A DNA stretch of 64,000 nucleotides from Auanema rhodensis (Eukaryota; Animalia; Nematoda): positions 15,376,001 through 15,440,000 of the forward strand of contig OZ059900.1 of NCBI GenBank assembly GCA_964057225.1, read 5' to 3'. A program made the translations under genes and the position numbers. Positions 28,301 to 43,000 of the stretch are shown here, in pieces. The notes beneath the pieces were generated by a model. That model worked only from the letters and a program-made list of their open reading frames with translations, searched no databases and had not been told where the DNA came from. Each line of letters opens with the position of its first letter. Within the stretch, counting starts at the first letter, position 1.

Positions 28301-31099
28301 TGTTTACAGCGAAATTTCCAAAAACTGGTTTTCCAGCATAATAAAATATTTCTCATGGGAAATACTGTGTTTTTGTATTTTTCTAGTGTTCAGCATGTAA
28401 AATGCTTCATTTTAGTATGTAACACGCTGAAATTCGTTGCATTTGACGACTCATATGAACAAAAATCGATTTAATCAATATTAGCCATAAGGGGCGTGCC
28501 CTCAGAATATGCTAATTTCCTTAATTTTCTAACTCCTGTTTTTTTGTCGTGAAAGTGGAACCAGACGTTGTACGAACAATTTTGAGCTAGGTTTCATTGA
28601 CATTGCATGAGTTTGAACACATGAAATCGTAAGTCAAAACCTTGTTTACAGCGAAATTTCCAAAAACTGGTTTTCCAGCATAATAAAATATTTCTCATGG
28701 GAAATACTGTGTTTTTGTATTTTTCTAGTGTTCAGCATGTGAAATGCTTCATTTTAGTATGTAACACGCTGAAATTCGTTGCATTTGACGACTCATATGA
28801 ACAAAAATCGATTTAATCAATATTAGCCATAAAGAGCGTGCCCTCAGAATATGCTAATTTCCTTAATTTTCTAACCCCTGTTTTTTTGTCGTGAAAGTGG
28901 AACTAGACATTGTATTAACAATTTTGAGCTAGGTTTCATTGACATTGCATGAGTTTGAACACATGAAATCGTAAGTCAAAACCTTGTTTACAGCGAAATT
29001 TCCAAAAACTGGTTTTCCAGCATAATAAAATATTTCTCATGGGAAATACTGTGTTTTTGTATTTTTCTAGTGTTCAGCATGTAAAATGCTTCATTTTAGT
29101 ATGTAACACGCTGAAATTCGTTGCATTTGACGACTCATATGAACAAAAATCGATTTAATCAATATTAGCCATAAGGGGCGTGCCCTCAGAATATGCTAAT
29201 TTCCTTAATTTTCTAACCCCTGTTTTTTTGTCGTGAAAGTGGAACTAGACGTTGTACGAACAATTTTGAGCTAGGTTTCATTGACATTGCATGAGTTTGA
29301 ACACATGAAATCGTAAGTCAAAACCTTGTTTACAGCGAAATTTCCAAGAACTGGTTTTCCAGCATAATAAAATATTTCTCATGGGAAATACTGTGTTTTT
29401 GTTTTTTTCTAGTGTTCAGCATGTAAAATGCTTCATTTTAGTATGTAACACGCTGAAATTCGTTGCATTTGACGACTCATATGAACAAAAATCGATTTAA
29501 TCAATATTAGCCATAAGGGGCGTGCCCTCAGAATATGCTAATTTCCTTAATTTTCTAACCCCTGTTTTTTTGTCGTGAAAGTGGAACTAGACATTGTATT
29601 AACAATTTTGAGCTAGGTTTCATTGACATTGCATGAGTTTGAACACATGAAATCGTAAGTCAAAACCTTGTTTACAGCGAAATTTCCAAAAACTGGTTTT
29701 CCAGCATAATAAAATATTTCTCATGGGAAATACTGTGTTTTTGTATTTTTCTAGTGTTCAGCATGTGAAATGCTTCATTTTAGTATGTAACACGCTGAAA
29801 TTCGTTGCATTTGACGACTCATATGAACAAAAATCGATTTAATCAATATTAGCCATAAAGAGCGTGCCCTCAGAATATGCTAATTTCCTTAATTTTCTAA
29901 CCCCTGTTTTTTTGTCGTGAAAGTGGAACTAGACGTTGTAGGAACAATTTTGAGCTAGGTTTCATTGACATTGCATGAGTTTGAACACATGAAATCGTAA
30001 GTCAAAACCTTGTTTACAGCGAAATTTCCAAAAACTGGTTTTCCAGCATAATAAAATATTTCTCATGGGAAATACTGTGTTTTTGTATTTTTCTAGTGTT
30101 CAGCATGTAAAATGCTTCATTTTAGTATGTAACACGCTGAAATTCGTTGCATTTGACGACTCATATGAACAAAAATCGATTTAATCAATATTAGCCATAA
30201 GGGGCGTGCCCTCAGAATATGCTAATTTCCTTAATTTTCTAACCCCTGTTTTTTTGTCGTGAAAGTGGAACTAGACGTTGTACGAACAATTTTGAGCTAG
30301 GTTTCATTGACATTGCATGAGTTTGAACACATGAAATCGTAAGTCAAAACCTTGTTTACAGCGAAATTTCCAAAAACTGGTTTTCCAGCATAATAAAATA
30401 TTTCTCATGGGAAATACTGTGTTTTTGTATTTTTCTAGTGTTCAGCATGTAAAATGCTTCATTTTAGTATGTAACACGCTGAAATTCGTTGCATTTGACG
30501 ACTCATATGAACAAAAATCGATTTAATCAATATTAGCCATAAGGGGCGTGCCCTCAGAATATGCTAATTTCCTTAATTTTCTAATCCCTGTTTTTTTGTC
30601 GTGAAAGTGGAACTAGACATTGTATTAACAATTTTGAGCTAGGTTTCATTGACATTGCATGAGTTTGAACACATGAAATCGTAAGTCAAAACCTTGTTTA
30701 CAGCGAAATTTCCAAAAACTGGTTTTCCAGCATAATAAAATATTTCTCATGGGAAATACTGTGTTTTTGTATTTTTCTAGTGTTCAGCATGTAAAATGCT
30801 TCATTTTAGTATGTAACACGCTGAAATTCGTTGCATTTGACGACTCATATGAACAAAAATCGATTTAATCAATATTAGCCATAAGGGGCGTGCCCTCAGA
30901 ATATGCTAATTTCCTTAATTTTCTAACCCCTGTTTTTTAGTCGTGAAAGTGGAACTAGACGTTGTACGAACAATTTTGAGCTAGGTTTCATTGACATTGC
31001 ATGAGTTTGAACACATGAAATCGTAAGTCAAAACCTTGTTTACAGCGAAATTTCCAAAAACTGGTTTTCCAGCATAATAAAATATTTCTCATGGGAAAT

Positions 31100-34000
31100 A
31101 CTGTGTTTTTGTATTTTTCTAGTGTTCAGCATGTAAAATGCTTCATTTTAGTATGTAACACGCTGAAATTCGTTGCATTTGACGACTCATATGAACAAAA
31201 ATCGATTTAATCAATATTAGCCATAAGGGGCGTGCCCTCAGAATATGCTAATTTCCTTAATTTTCTAACCCCAGTTTTTTTGTCGTGAAAGTGGAACTAG
31301 ACATTGTATTAACAATTTTGAGCTAGGTTTCATGGACATTGCATGAGTTTGAACACATGAAATCGTAAGTCAAAACCTTGTTTACAGCGAAATTTCCAAA
31401 AACTGGTTTTCCAGCATAATAAAATATTTCTCATGGGAAATACTGTGTTTTTGTATTTTTCTAGTGTTCAGCATGTAAAATGCTTCATTTTAGTATGTAA
31501 CACGCTGAAATTCGTTGCATTTGACGACTCATATGAACAAAAATCGATTTAATCAATATTAGCCATAAAGGGCGTGCCCTCAGAATATGCTAATTTCCTT
31601 AATTTTCTAACCCCTGTTTTTTTGTCGTGAAAGTGGAACTAGACGTTGTAGGAACAATTTTGAGCTAGGTTTCATTGACATTGCATGAGTTTGAACACAT
31701 GAAATCGTAAGTCAAAACCTTGTTTACAGCGAAATTTTCAAAAACTGGTTTTCCAGCATAATAAAATATTTCTCATGGGAAATACTGTGTTTTTGTATTT
31801 TTCTAGTGTTCAGCATGTAAAATGCTTCATTTTAGTATGTAACACGCTGAAATTCGTTGCATTTGACGACTCATATGAACAAAAATCAATTTAATCAATA
31901 TTAGCCATAAGGGGCGTGCCCTCAGAATATGCTAATTTTCTTAATTTTCTAACCCCTGTTTTTTAGTCGTGAAAGTGGAACTAGACGTTGTACGAACAAT
32001 TTTGAGCTAGGTTTCATTGACATTGCATGAGTTTGAACACATGAAATCGTAAGTCAAAACCTTGTTTACAGCGAAATTTCCAAAAACTGGTTTTCCAGCA
32101 TAATAAAATATTTCTCATGGGAAATACTGTGTTTTTGTATTTTTCTAGTGTTCAGCATGTAAAATGCTTCATTTTAGTATGTAACACGCTGAAATTCGTT
32201 GCATTTGACGACTCATATGAACAAAAATCGATTTAATCAATATTAGCCATAAGGGGCGTGCCCTCAGAATATGCTAATTTCCTTAATTTTCTAACCCCAG
32301 TTTTTTTGTCGTGAAAGTGGAACTAGACGTTGTACGAACAATTTTGAGCTAGGTTTCATTGACATTGCATGAGTTTGAACACATGAAATCGTAAGTCAAA
32401 ACCTTGTTTACAGCGAAATTTTCAAAAACTGGTTTTCCAGCATAATAAAATATTTCTCATGGGAAATACTGTGTTTTTGTATTTTTCTAGTGTTCAGCAT
32501 GTAAAATGCTTCATTTTAGTATGTAACACGCTGAAATTCGTTGCATTTGACGACTCATATGAACAAAAATCGATTTAATCAATATTAGCCATAAGGGGCG
32601 TGCCCTCAGAATATGCTAATTTCCTTAATTTTCTAACCCCTGTTTTTTTGTCGTGAAAGTGGAACTAGACGTTGTACGAACAATTTTGAGCTAGGTTTCA
32701 TTGACATTGCATGAGTTTGAACACATGAAATCGTAAGTCAAAACCTTGTTTACAGCGAAATTTCCAAAAACTGGTTTTCCAGCATAATAAAATATTTCTC
32801 ATGGGAAATACTGTGTTTTTGTATTTTTCTAGTGTTCAGCATGTAAAATGCTTCATTTTAGTATGTAACACGCTGAAATTCGTTGCATTTGACGACTCAT
32901 ATGAACAAAAATCGATTTAATCAATATTAGCCATAAGGCGCGTGCCCTCAGAATATGCTAATTTCCTTAATTTTCTAACCCCTGTTTTTTAGTCGTGAAA
33001 GTGGAACTAGACGTTGTACGAACAATTTTGAGCTAGGTTTCATTGACATTGCATGAGTTTGAACACATGAAATCGTAAGTCAAAACCTTGTTTACAGCGA
33101 AATTTCCAAAAACTGGTTTTCCAGCATAATAAAATATTTCTCATGGGAAATACTGTGTTTTTGTATCTTTCTAGTGTTCAGCATGTAAAATGCTTCATTT
33201 TAGTATGTAACACGCTGAAATTCGTTGCATTTGACGACTCATATGAACAAAAATCGATTTAATCAATATTAGCCATAAAGGGCGTGCCCTCAGAATATGC
33301 TAATTTCCTTAATTTTCTAACCCCTGTTTTTTTGTCGTGAAAGTGGAACTAGACATTGTATTAACAATTTTGAGCTAGGTTTCATTGACATTGCATGAGT
33401 TTGAACACATGAAATCGTAAGTCAAAACCTTGTTTACAGCGAAATTTCCAAAAACTGGTTTTCCAGCATAATAAAATATTTCTCATGGGTATTACTGTGT
33501 TTTTGTATTTTTCTAGTGTTCAGCATGTAAAATGCTTCATTTTAGTATGTAACACGCTGAAATTCGTTGCATTTGACGACTCATATGAACAAAAATCGAT
33601 TTAATCAATATTAGCCATAAGGGGCGTGCCCTCAGAATATGCTAATTTCCTTAATTTTCTAACCCCAGTTTTTTTGTCGTGAAAGTGGAACTAGACGTTG
33701 TACGAACAATTTTGAGCTAGGTTTCATTGACATTGCATGAGTTTGAACACATGAAATCGTAAGTCAAAACCTTGTTTACAGCGAAATTTTCAAAAACTGG
33801 TTTTCCAGCATAATAAAATATTTCTCATGGGAAATACTGTGTTTTTGTATTTTTCTAGTGTTCAGCATGTAAAATGCTTCATTTTAGTATGTAACACGCT
33901 GAAATTCGTTGCATTTGACGACTCATATGAACAAAAATCGATTTAATCAATATTAGCCATAAGGGGCGTGCCCTCAGAATATGCTAATTTCCTTAATTTT

Positions 34001-37000
34001 CTAACCCCTGTTTTTTTGTCGTGAAAGTGGAACTAGACGTTGTACGAACAATTTTGAGCTAGGTTTCATTGACATTGCATGAGTTTGAACACATGAAATC
34101 GTAAGTCAAAACCTTGTTTACAGCGAAATTTCCAAAAACTGGTTTTCCAGCATAATAAAATATTTCTCATGGGAAATACTGTGTTTTTGTATTTTTCTAG
34201 TGTTCAGCATGTAAAATGCTTCATTTTAGTATGTAACACGCTGAAATTCGTTGCATTTGACGACTCATATGAACAAAAATCGATTTAATCAATATTAGCC
34301 ATAAGGCGCGTGCCCTCAGAATATGCTAATTTCCTTAATTTTCTAACCCCTGTTTTTTAGTCGTGAAAGTGGAACTAGACGTTGTACGAACAATTTTGAG
34401 CTAGGTTTCATTGACATTGCATGAGTTTGAACACATGAAATCGTAAGTCAAAACCTTGTTTACAGCGAAATTTCCAAAAACTGGTTTTCCAGCATAATAA
34501 AATATTTCTCATGGGAAATACTGTGTTTTTGTATCTTTCTAGTGTTCAGCATGTAAAATGCTTCATTTTAGTATGTAACACGCTGAAATTCGTTGCATTT
34601 GACGACTCATATGAACAAAAATCGATTTAATCAATATTAGCCATAAAGGGCGTGCCCTCAGAATATGCTAATTTCCTTAATTTTCTAACCCCTGTTTTTT
34701 TGTCGTGAAAGTGGAACTAGACATTGTATTAACAATTTTGAGCTAGGTTTCATTGACATTGCATGAGTTTGAACACATGAAATCGTAAGTCAAAACCTTG
34801 TTTACAGCGAAATTTCCAAAAACTGGTTTTCCAGCATAATAAAATATTTCTCATGGGTATTACTGTGTTTTTGTATTTTTCTAGTGTTCAGCATGTAAAA
34901 TGCTTCATTTTAGTATGTAACACGCTGAAATTCGTTGCATTTGACGACTCATATGAACAAAAATCGATTTAATCAATATTAGCCATAAGGGGCGTGCCCT
35001 CAGAATATGCTAATTTCCTTAATTTTCTAACCCCTGTTTTTTTGTCGTGAAAGTGGAACTAGACGTTGTACGAACAATTTTGAGCTAGGTTTCATTGACA
35101 TTGCATGAGTTTGAACACATGAAATCGTAAGTCAAAACCTTGTTTACAGCGAAATTTCCAAAAACTGGTTTTCCAGCATAATAAAATATTTCTCATGGGA
35201 AATACTGTGTTTTTGTATTTTTCTAGTGTTCAGCATGTAAAATGCTTCATTTTAGTATGTAACACGCTGAAATTTGTTGCATTTGACGACTCATATGAAC
35301 AAAAATCGATTTAATCAATATTAGCCATAAGGGGCGTGCCCTCAGAATATGCTAATTTCCTTAATTTTCTAACCCCTGTTTTTTTGTCGTGAAAGTGGAA
35401 CCAGACGTTGTATTAACAATTTTGAGCTAGGTTTCATTGACATTGCATGAGTTTGAACACATGAAATCGTAAGTCAAAACCTTGTTTACAGCGAAATTTC
35501 CAAAAACTGGTTTTCCAGCATAATAAAATATTTCTCATGGGAAATACTGTGTTTTTGTATTTTTCTAGTGTTCAGCATGTAAAATGCTTCATTTTAGTAT
35601 GTAACACGCTGAAATTCGTTGCATTTGACGACTCATATGAACAAAAATCGATTTAATCAATATTAGCCATAAAGGGCGTGCCCTCAGAATATGCTAATTT
35701 CCTTAATTTTCTAACCCCTGTTTTTTTGTCGTGAAAGTGGAACTAGACATTGTATTAACAATTTTGAGCTAGGTTTCATTGACATTGCATGAGTTTGAAC
35801 ACATGAAATCGTAAGTCAAAACCTTGTTTACAGCGAAATTTCCAAAAACTGGTTTTCCAGCATAATAAAATATTTCTCATGGGTATTACTGTGTTTTTGT
35901 ATTTTTCTAGTGTTCAGCATGTAAAATGCTTCATTTTAGTATGTAACACGCTGAAATTCGTTGCATTTGACGACTCATATGAACAAAAATCGATTTAATC
36001 AATATTAGCCATAAAGGGCGTGCCCTCAGAATATGCTAATTTCCTTACTTTTCTAACCCCTGTTTTTTTGTCGTGAAAGTGGAACTAGACATTGTATTAA
36101 CAATTTTGAGCTAGGTTTCATTGACATTGCATGACTTTGAACACATGAAATCGTAAGTCAAAACCTTGTTTACAGCGAAATTTCCAAAAACTGGTTTTCC
36201 AGCATAATAAAATATTTCTCATGGGAAATACTGTGTTTTTGTATTTTTCTAGTGTTCAGCATGTAAAATGCTTCATTTTAGTATGTAACACGCTGAAATT
36301 CGTTGCATTTGACGACTCATATGAACAAAAATCGATTTAATCAATATTAGCCATAAAGGGCGTGCCCTCAGAATATGCTAATTTCCTTAATTTTCTAACC
36401 CCTGTTTTTTTGTCGTGAAAGTGGAACTAGACGTTGTAGGAACAATTTTGAGCTAGGTTTCATTGACATTGCATGAGTTTGAACACATGAAATCGTAAGT
36501 CAAAACCTTGTTTACAGCGAAATTTCCAAAAACTGGTTTTCCAGCATAATAAAATATTTCTCATGGGAAATACTGTGTTTTTGTATTTTTCTAGTGTTCA
36601 GCATGTAAAATGCTTCATTTTAGTATGTAACACGCTGAAATTCGTTGCATTTGACGACTCATATGAACAAAAATCGATTTAATCAATATTAGCCATAAAG
36701 GGCGTGCCCTCAGAATATGCTAATTTCCTTAATTTTCTAACCCCTGTTTTTTTGTCGTGAAAGTGGAACTAGACGTTGTAGGAACAATTTTGAGCTAGGT
36801 TTCATTGACATTGCATGAGTTTGAACACATGAAATCGTAAGTCAAAACCTTGTTTACAGCGAAATTTTCAAAAACTGGTTTTCCAGCATAATAAAATATT
36901 TCTCATGGGAAATACTGTGTTTTTGTATTTTTCTAGTGTTCAGCATGTAAAATGCTTCATTTTAGTATGTAACACGCTGAAATTCGTTGCATTTGACGAC

Positions 37001-40000
37001 TCATATGAACAAAAATCGATTTAATCAATATTAGCCATAAAGGGCGTGCCCTCAGAATATGCTAATTTCCTTAATTTTCTAACCCCTGTTTTTTTGTCGT
37101 GAAAGTGGAACTAGACGTTGTACGAACAATTTTGAGCTAGGTTTCATTGACATTGCATGAGTTTGAACACATGAAATCGTAAGTCAAAACCTTGTTTACA
37201 GCGAAATTTCCAAAAACTGGTTTTCCAGCATAATAAAATATTTCTCATGGGAAATACTGTGTTTTTGTATTTTTCTAGTGTTCAGCATGTAAAATGCTTC
37301 ATTTTAGTATGTAACACGCTGAAATTCGTTGCATTTGACGACTCATATGAACAAAAATCGATTTAATCAATATTAGCCATAAGGCGCGTGCCCTCAGAAT
37401 ATGCTAATTTCCTTAATTTTCTAACCCCTGTTTTTTAGTCGTGAAAGTGGAACTAGACGTTGTACGAACAATTTTGAGCTAGGTTTCATTGACATTGCAT
37501 GAGTTTGAACACATGAAATCGTAAGTCAAAACCTTGTTTACAGCGAAATTTCCAAAAACTGGTTTTCCAGCATAATAAAATATTTCTCATGGGAAATACT
37601 GTGTTTTTGTATTTTTCTAGTGTTCAGCATGTAAAATGCTTCATTTTAGTATGTAACACGCTGAAATTCGTTGCATTTGACGACTCATATGAACAAAAAT
37701 CGATTTAATCAATATTAGCCATAAAGGGCGTGCCCTCAGAATATGCTAATTTCCTTAATTTTCTAACCCCTGTTTTTTTGTCGTGAAAGTGGAACTAGAC
37801 ATTGTATTAACAATTTTGAGCTAGGTTTCATTGACATTGCATGAGTTTGAACACATGAAATCGTAAGTCAAAACCTTGTTTACAGCGAAATTTCCAAAAA
37901 CTGGTTTTCCAGCATAATAAAATATTTCTCATGGGTATTACTGTGTTTTTGTATTTTTCTAGTGTTCAGCATGTAAAATGCTTCATTTTAGTATGTAACA
38001 CGCTGAAATTCGTTGCATTTGACGACTCATATGAACAAAAATCGATTTAATCAATATTAGCCATAAGGGGCGTGCCCTCAGAATATGCTAATTTCCTTAA
38101 TTTTCTAACCCCTGTTTTTTTTGTCGTGAAAGTGGAACTAGACGTTGTACGAACAATTTTGAGCTAGGTTTCATTGACATTGCATGAGTTTGAACACATG
38201 AAATCGTAAGTCAAAACCTTGTTTACAGCGAAATTTCCAAAAACTGGTTTTCCAGCATAATAAAATATTTCTCATGGGAAATACTGTGTTTTTGTATTTT
38301 TCTAGTGTTCAGCATGTAAAATGCTTCATTTTAGTATGTAACACGCTGAAATTTGTTGCATTTGACGACTCATATGAACAAAAATCGATTTAATCAATAT
38401 TAGCCATAAGGGGCGTGCGCTCAGAATATGCTAATTTCCTTAATTTTCTAACCCCTGTTTTTTTGTCGTGAAAGTGGAACCAGACGTTGTATTAACAATT
38501 TTGAGCTAGGTTTCATTGACATTGCATGAGTTTGAACACATGAAATCGTAAGTCAAAACCTTGTTTACAGCGAAATTTCCAAAAACTGGTTTTCCAGCAT
38601 AATAAAATATTTCTCATGGGAAATACTGTGTTTTTGTATTTTTCTAGTGTTCAGCATGTAAAATGCTTCATTTTAGTATGTAACACGCTGAAATTCGTTG
38701 CATTTGACGACTCATATGAACAAAAATCGATTTAATCAATATTAGCCATAAAGGGCGTGCCCTCAGAATATGCTAATTTCCTTAATTTTCTAACCCCTGT
38801 TTTTTTGTCGTGAAAGTGGAACTAGACATTGTATTAACAATTTTGAGCTAGGTTTCATTGACATTGCATGAGTTTGAACACATGAAATCGTAAGTCAAAA
38901 CCTTGTTTACAGCGAAATTTCCAAAAACTGGTTTTCCAGCATAATAAAATATTTCTCATGGGTATTACTGTGTTTTTGTATTTTTCTAGTGTTCAGCATG
39001 TAAAATGCTTCATTTTAGTATGTAACACGCTGAAATTCGTTGCATTTGACGACTCATATGAACAAAAATCGATTTAATCAATATTAGCCATAAAGGGCGT
39101 GCCCTCAGAATATGCTAATTTCCTTAATTTTCTAACCCCTGTTTTTTTGTCGTGAAAGTGGAACTAGACATTGTATTAACAATTTTGAGCTAGGTTTCAT
39201 TGACATTGCATGAGTTTGAACACATGAAATCGTAAGTCAAAACCTTGTTTACAGCGAAATTTCCAAAAACTGGTTTTCCAGCATAATAAAATATTTCTCA
39301 TGGGAAATACTGTGTTTTTGTATTTTTCTAGTGTTCAGCATGTAAAATGCTTCATTTTAGTATGTAACACGCTGAAATTCGTTGCATTTGACGACTCATA
39401 TGAACAAAAATCGATTTAATCAATATTAGCCATAAGGGGCGTGCCCTCAGAATATGCTAATTTCCTTAATTTTCTAACCCCAGTTTTTTTGTCGTGAAAG
39501 TGGAACTAGACATTGTATTAACAATTTTGAGCTAGGTTTCATTGACATTGCATGAGTTTGAACACATGAAATCGTAAGTCAAAACCTTGTTTACAGCGAA
39601 ATTTTCAAAAACTGGTTTTCCAGCATAATAAAATATTTCTCATGGGAAATACTGTGTTTTTGTATTTTTCTAGTGTTCAGCATGTAAAATGCTTCATTTT
39701 AGTATGTAACACGCTGAAATTCGTTGCATTTGACGACTCATATGAACAAAAATCGATTTAATCAATATTAGCCATAAAGGGCGTGCCCTCAGAATATGCT
39801 AATTTCCTTAATTTTCTAACCCCTGTTTTTTTGTCGTGAAAGTGGAACTAGACGTTGTAGGAACAATTTTGAGCTAGGTTTCATTGACATTGCATGAGTT
39901 TGAACACATGAAATCGTAAGTCAAAACCTTGTTTACAGCGAAATTTTCAAAAACTGGTTTTCCAGCATAATAAAATATTTCTCATGGGAAATACTGTGTT

Positions 40001-43000
40001 TTTGTATTTTTCTAGTGTTCAGCATGTAAAATGCTTCATTTTAGTATGTAACACGCTGAAATTCGTTGCATTTGACGACTCATATGAACAAAAATCAATT
40101 TAATCAATATTAGCCATAAGGGGCGTGCCCTCAGAATATGCTAATTTTCTTAATTTTCTAACCCCTGTTTTTTAGTCGTGAAAGTGGAACTAGACGTTGT
40201 ACGAACAATTTTGAGCTAGGTTTCATTGACATTGCATGAGTTTGAACACATGAAATCGTAAGTCAAAACCTTGTTTACAGCGAAATTTCCAAAAACTGGT
40301 TTTCCAGCATAATAAAATATTTCTCATGGGAAATACTGTGTTTTTGTATTTTTCTAGTGTTCAGCATGTAAAATGCTTCATTTTAGTATGTAACACGCTG
40401 AAATTCGTTGCATTTGACGACTCATATGAACAAAAATCGATTTAATCAATATTAGCCATAAGGGGCGTGCCCTCAGAATATGCTAATTTCCTTAATTTTC
40501 TAACCCCAGTTTTTTTGTCGTGAAAGTGGAACTAGACGTTGTACGAACAATTTTGAGCTAGGTTTCATTGACATTGCATGAGTTTGAACACATGAAATCG
40601 TAAGTCAAAACCTTGTTTACAGCGAAATTTTCAAAAACTGGTTTTCCAGCATAATAAAATATTTCTCATGGGAAATACTGTGTTTTTGTATTTTTCTAGT
40701 GTTCAGCATGTAAAATGCTTCATTTTAGTATGTAACACGCTGAAATTCGTTGCATTTGACGACTCATATGAACAAAAATCGATTTAATCAATATTAGCCA
40801 TAAGGGGCGTGCCCTCAGAATATGCTAATTTCCTTAATTTTCTAACCCCAGTTTTTTTGTCGTGAAAGTGGAACTAGACGTTGTACGAACAATTTTGAGC
40901 TAGGTTTCATTGACATTGCATGAGTTTGAACACATGAAATCGTAAGTCAAAACCTTGTTTACAGCGAAATTTTCAAAAACTGGTTTTCCAGCATAATAAA
41001 ATATTTCTCATGGGAAATACTGTGTTTTTGTATTTTTCTAGTGTTCAGCATGTAAAATGCTTCATTTTAGTATGTAACACGCTGAAATTCGTTGCATTTG
41101 ACGACTCATATGAACAAAAATCGATTTAATCAATATTAGCCATAAGGCGCGTGCCCTCAGAATATGCTAATTTCCTTAATTTTCTAACCCCTGTTTTTTA
41201 GTCGTGAAAGTGGAACTAGACGTTGTACGAACAATTTTGAGCTAGGTTTCATTGACATTGCATGAGTTTGAACACATGAAATCGTAAGTCAAAACCTTGT
41301 TTACAGCGAAATTTCCAAAAACTGGTTTTCCAGCATAATAAAATATTTCTCATGGGAAATACTGTGTTTTTGTATCTTTCTAGTGTTCAGCATGTAAAAT
41401 GCTTCATTTTAGTATGTAACACGCTGAAATTCGTTGCATTTGACGACTCATATGAACAAAAATCGATTTAATCAATATTAGCCATAAAGGGCGTGCCCTC
41501 AGAATATGCTAATTTCCTTAATTTTCTAACCCCTGTTTTTTTGTCGTGAAAGTGGAACTAGACATTGTATTAACAATTTTGAGCTAGGTTTCATTGACAT
41601 TGCATGAGTTTGAACACATGAAATCGTAAGTCAAAACCTTGTTTACAGCGAAATTTCCAAAAACTGGTTTTCCAGCATAATAAAATATTTCTCATGGGTA
41701 TTACTGTGTTTTTGTATTTTTCTAGTGTTCAGCATGTAAAATGCTTCATTTTAGTATGTAACACGCTGAAATTCGTTGCATTTGACGACTCATATGAACA
41801 AAAATCGATTTAATCAATATTAGCCATAAGGGGCGTGCCCTCAGAATATGCTAATTTCCTTAATTTTCTAACCCCTGTTTTTTTGTCGTGAAAGTGGAAC
41901 TAGACGTTGTACGAACAATTTTGAGCTAGGTTTCATTGACATTGCATGAGTTTGAACACATGAAATCGTAAGTCAAAACCTTGTTTACAGCGAAATTTTC
42001 AAAAACTGGTTTTCCAGCATAATAAAATATTTCTCATGGGAAATACTGTGTTTTTGTATTTTTCTAGTGTTCAGCATGTAAAATGCTTCATTTTAGTATG
42101 TAACACGCTGAAATTCGTTGCATTTGACGACTCATATGAACAAAAATCGATTTAATCAATATTAGCCATAAGGGGCGTGCCCTCAGAATATGCTAATTTC
42201 CTTAATTTTCTAACCCCTGTTTTTTTGTCGTGAAAGTGGAACTAGACGTTGTACGAACAATTTTGAGCTAGGTTTCATTGACATTGCATGAGTTTGAACA
42301 CATGAAATCGTAAGTCAAAACCTTGTTTACAGCGAAATTTCCAAAAACTGGTTTTCCAGCATAATAAAATATTTCTCATGGGAAATACTGTGTTTTTGTA
42401 TTTTTCTAGTGTTCAGCATGTAAAATGCTTCATTTTAGTATGTAACACGCTGAAATTCGTTGCATTTGACGACTCATATGAACAAAAATCGATTTAATCA
42501 ATATTAGCCATAAGGGGCGTGCCCTCAGAATATGCTAATTTCCTTAATTTTCTAACCCCTGTTTTTTAGTCGTGAAAGTGGAACTAGACGTTGTACGAAC
42601 AATTTTGAGCTAGGTTTCATTGACATTGCATGAGTTTGAACACATGAAATCGTAAGTCAAAACCTTGTTTACAGCGAAATTTCCAAAAACTGGTTTTCCA
42701 GCATAATAAAATATTTCTCATGGGAAATACTGTGTTTTTGTATCTTTCTAGTGTTCAGCATGTAAAATGCTTCATTTTAGTATGTAACACGCTGAAATTC
42801 GTTGCATTTGACGACTCATATGAACAAAAATCGATTTAATCAATATTAGCCATAAAGGGCGTGCCCTCAGAATATGCTAATTTCCTTAATTTTCTAACCC
42901 CTGTTTTTTTGTCGTGAAAGTGGAACTAGACATTGTATTAACAATTTTGAGCTAGGTTTCATTGACATTGCATGAGTTTGAACACATGAAATCGTAAGTC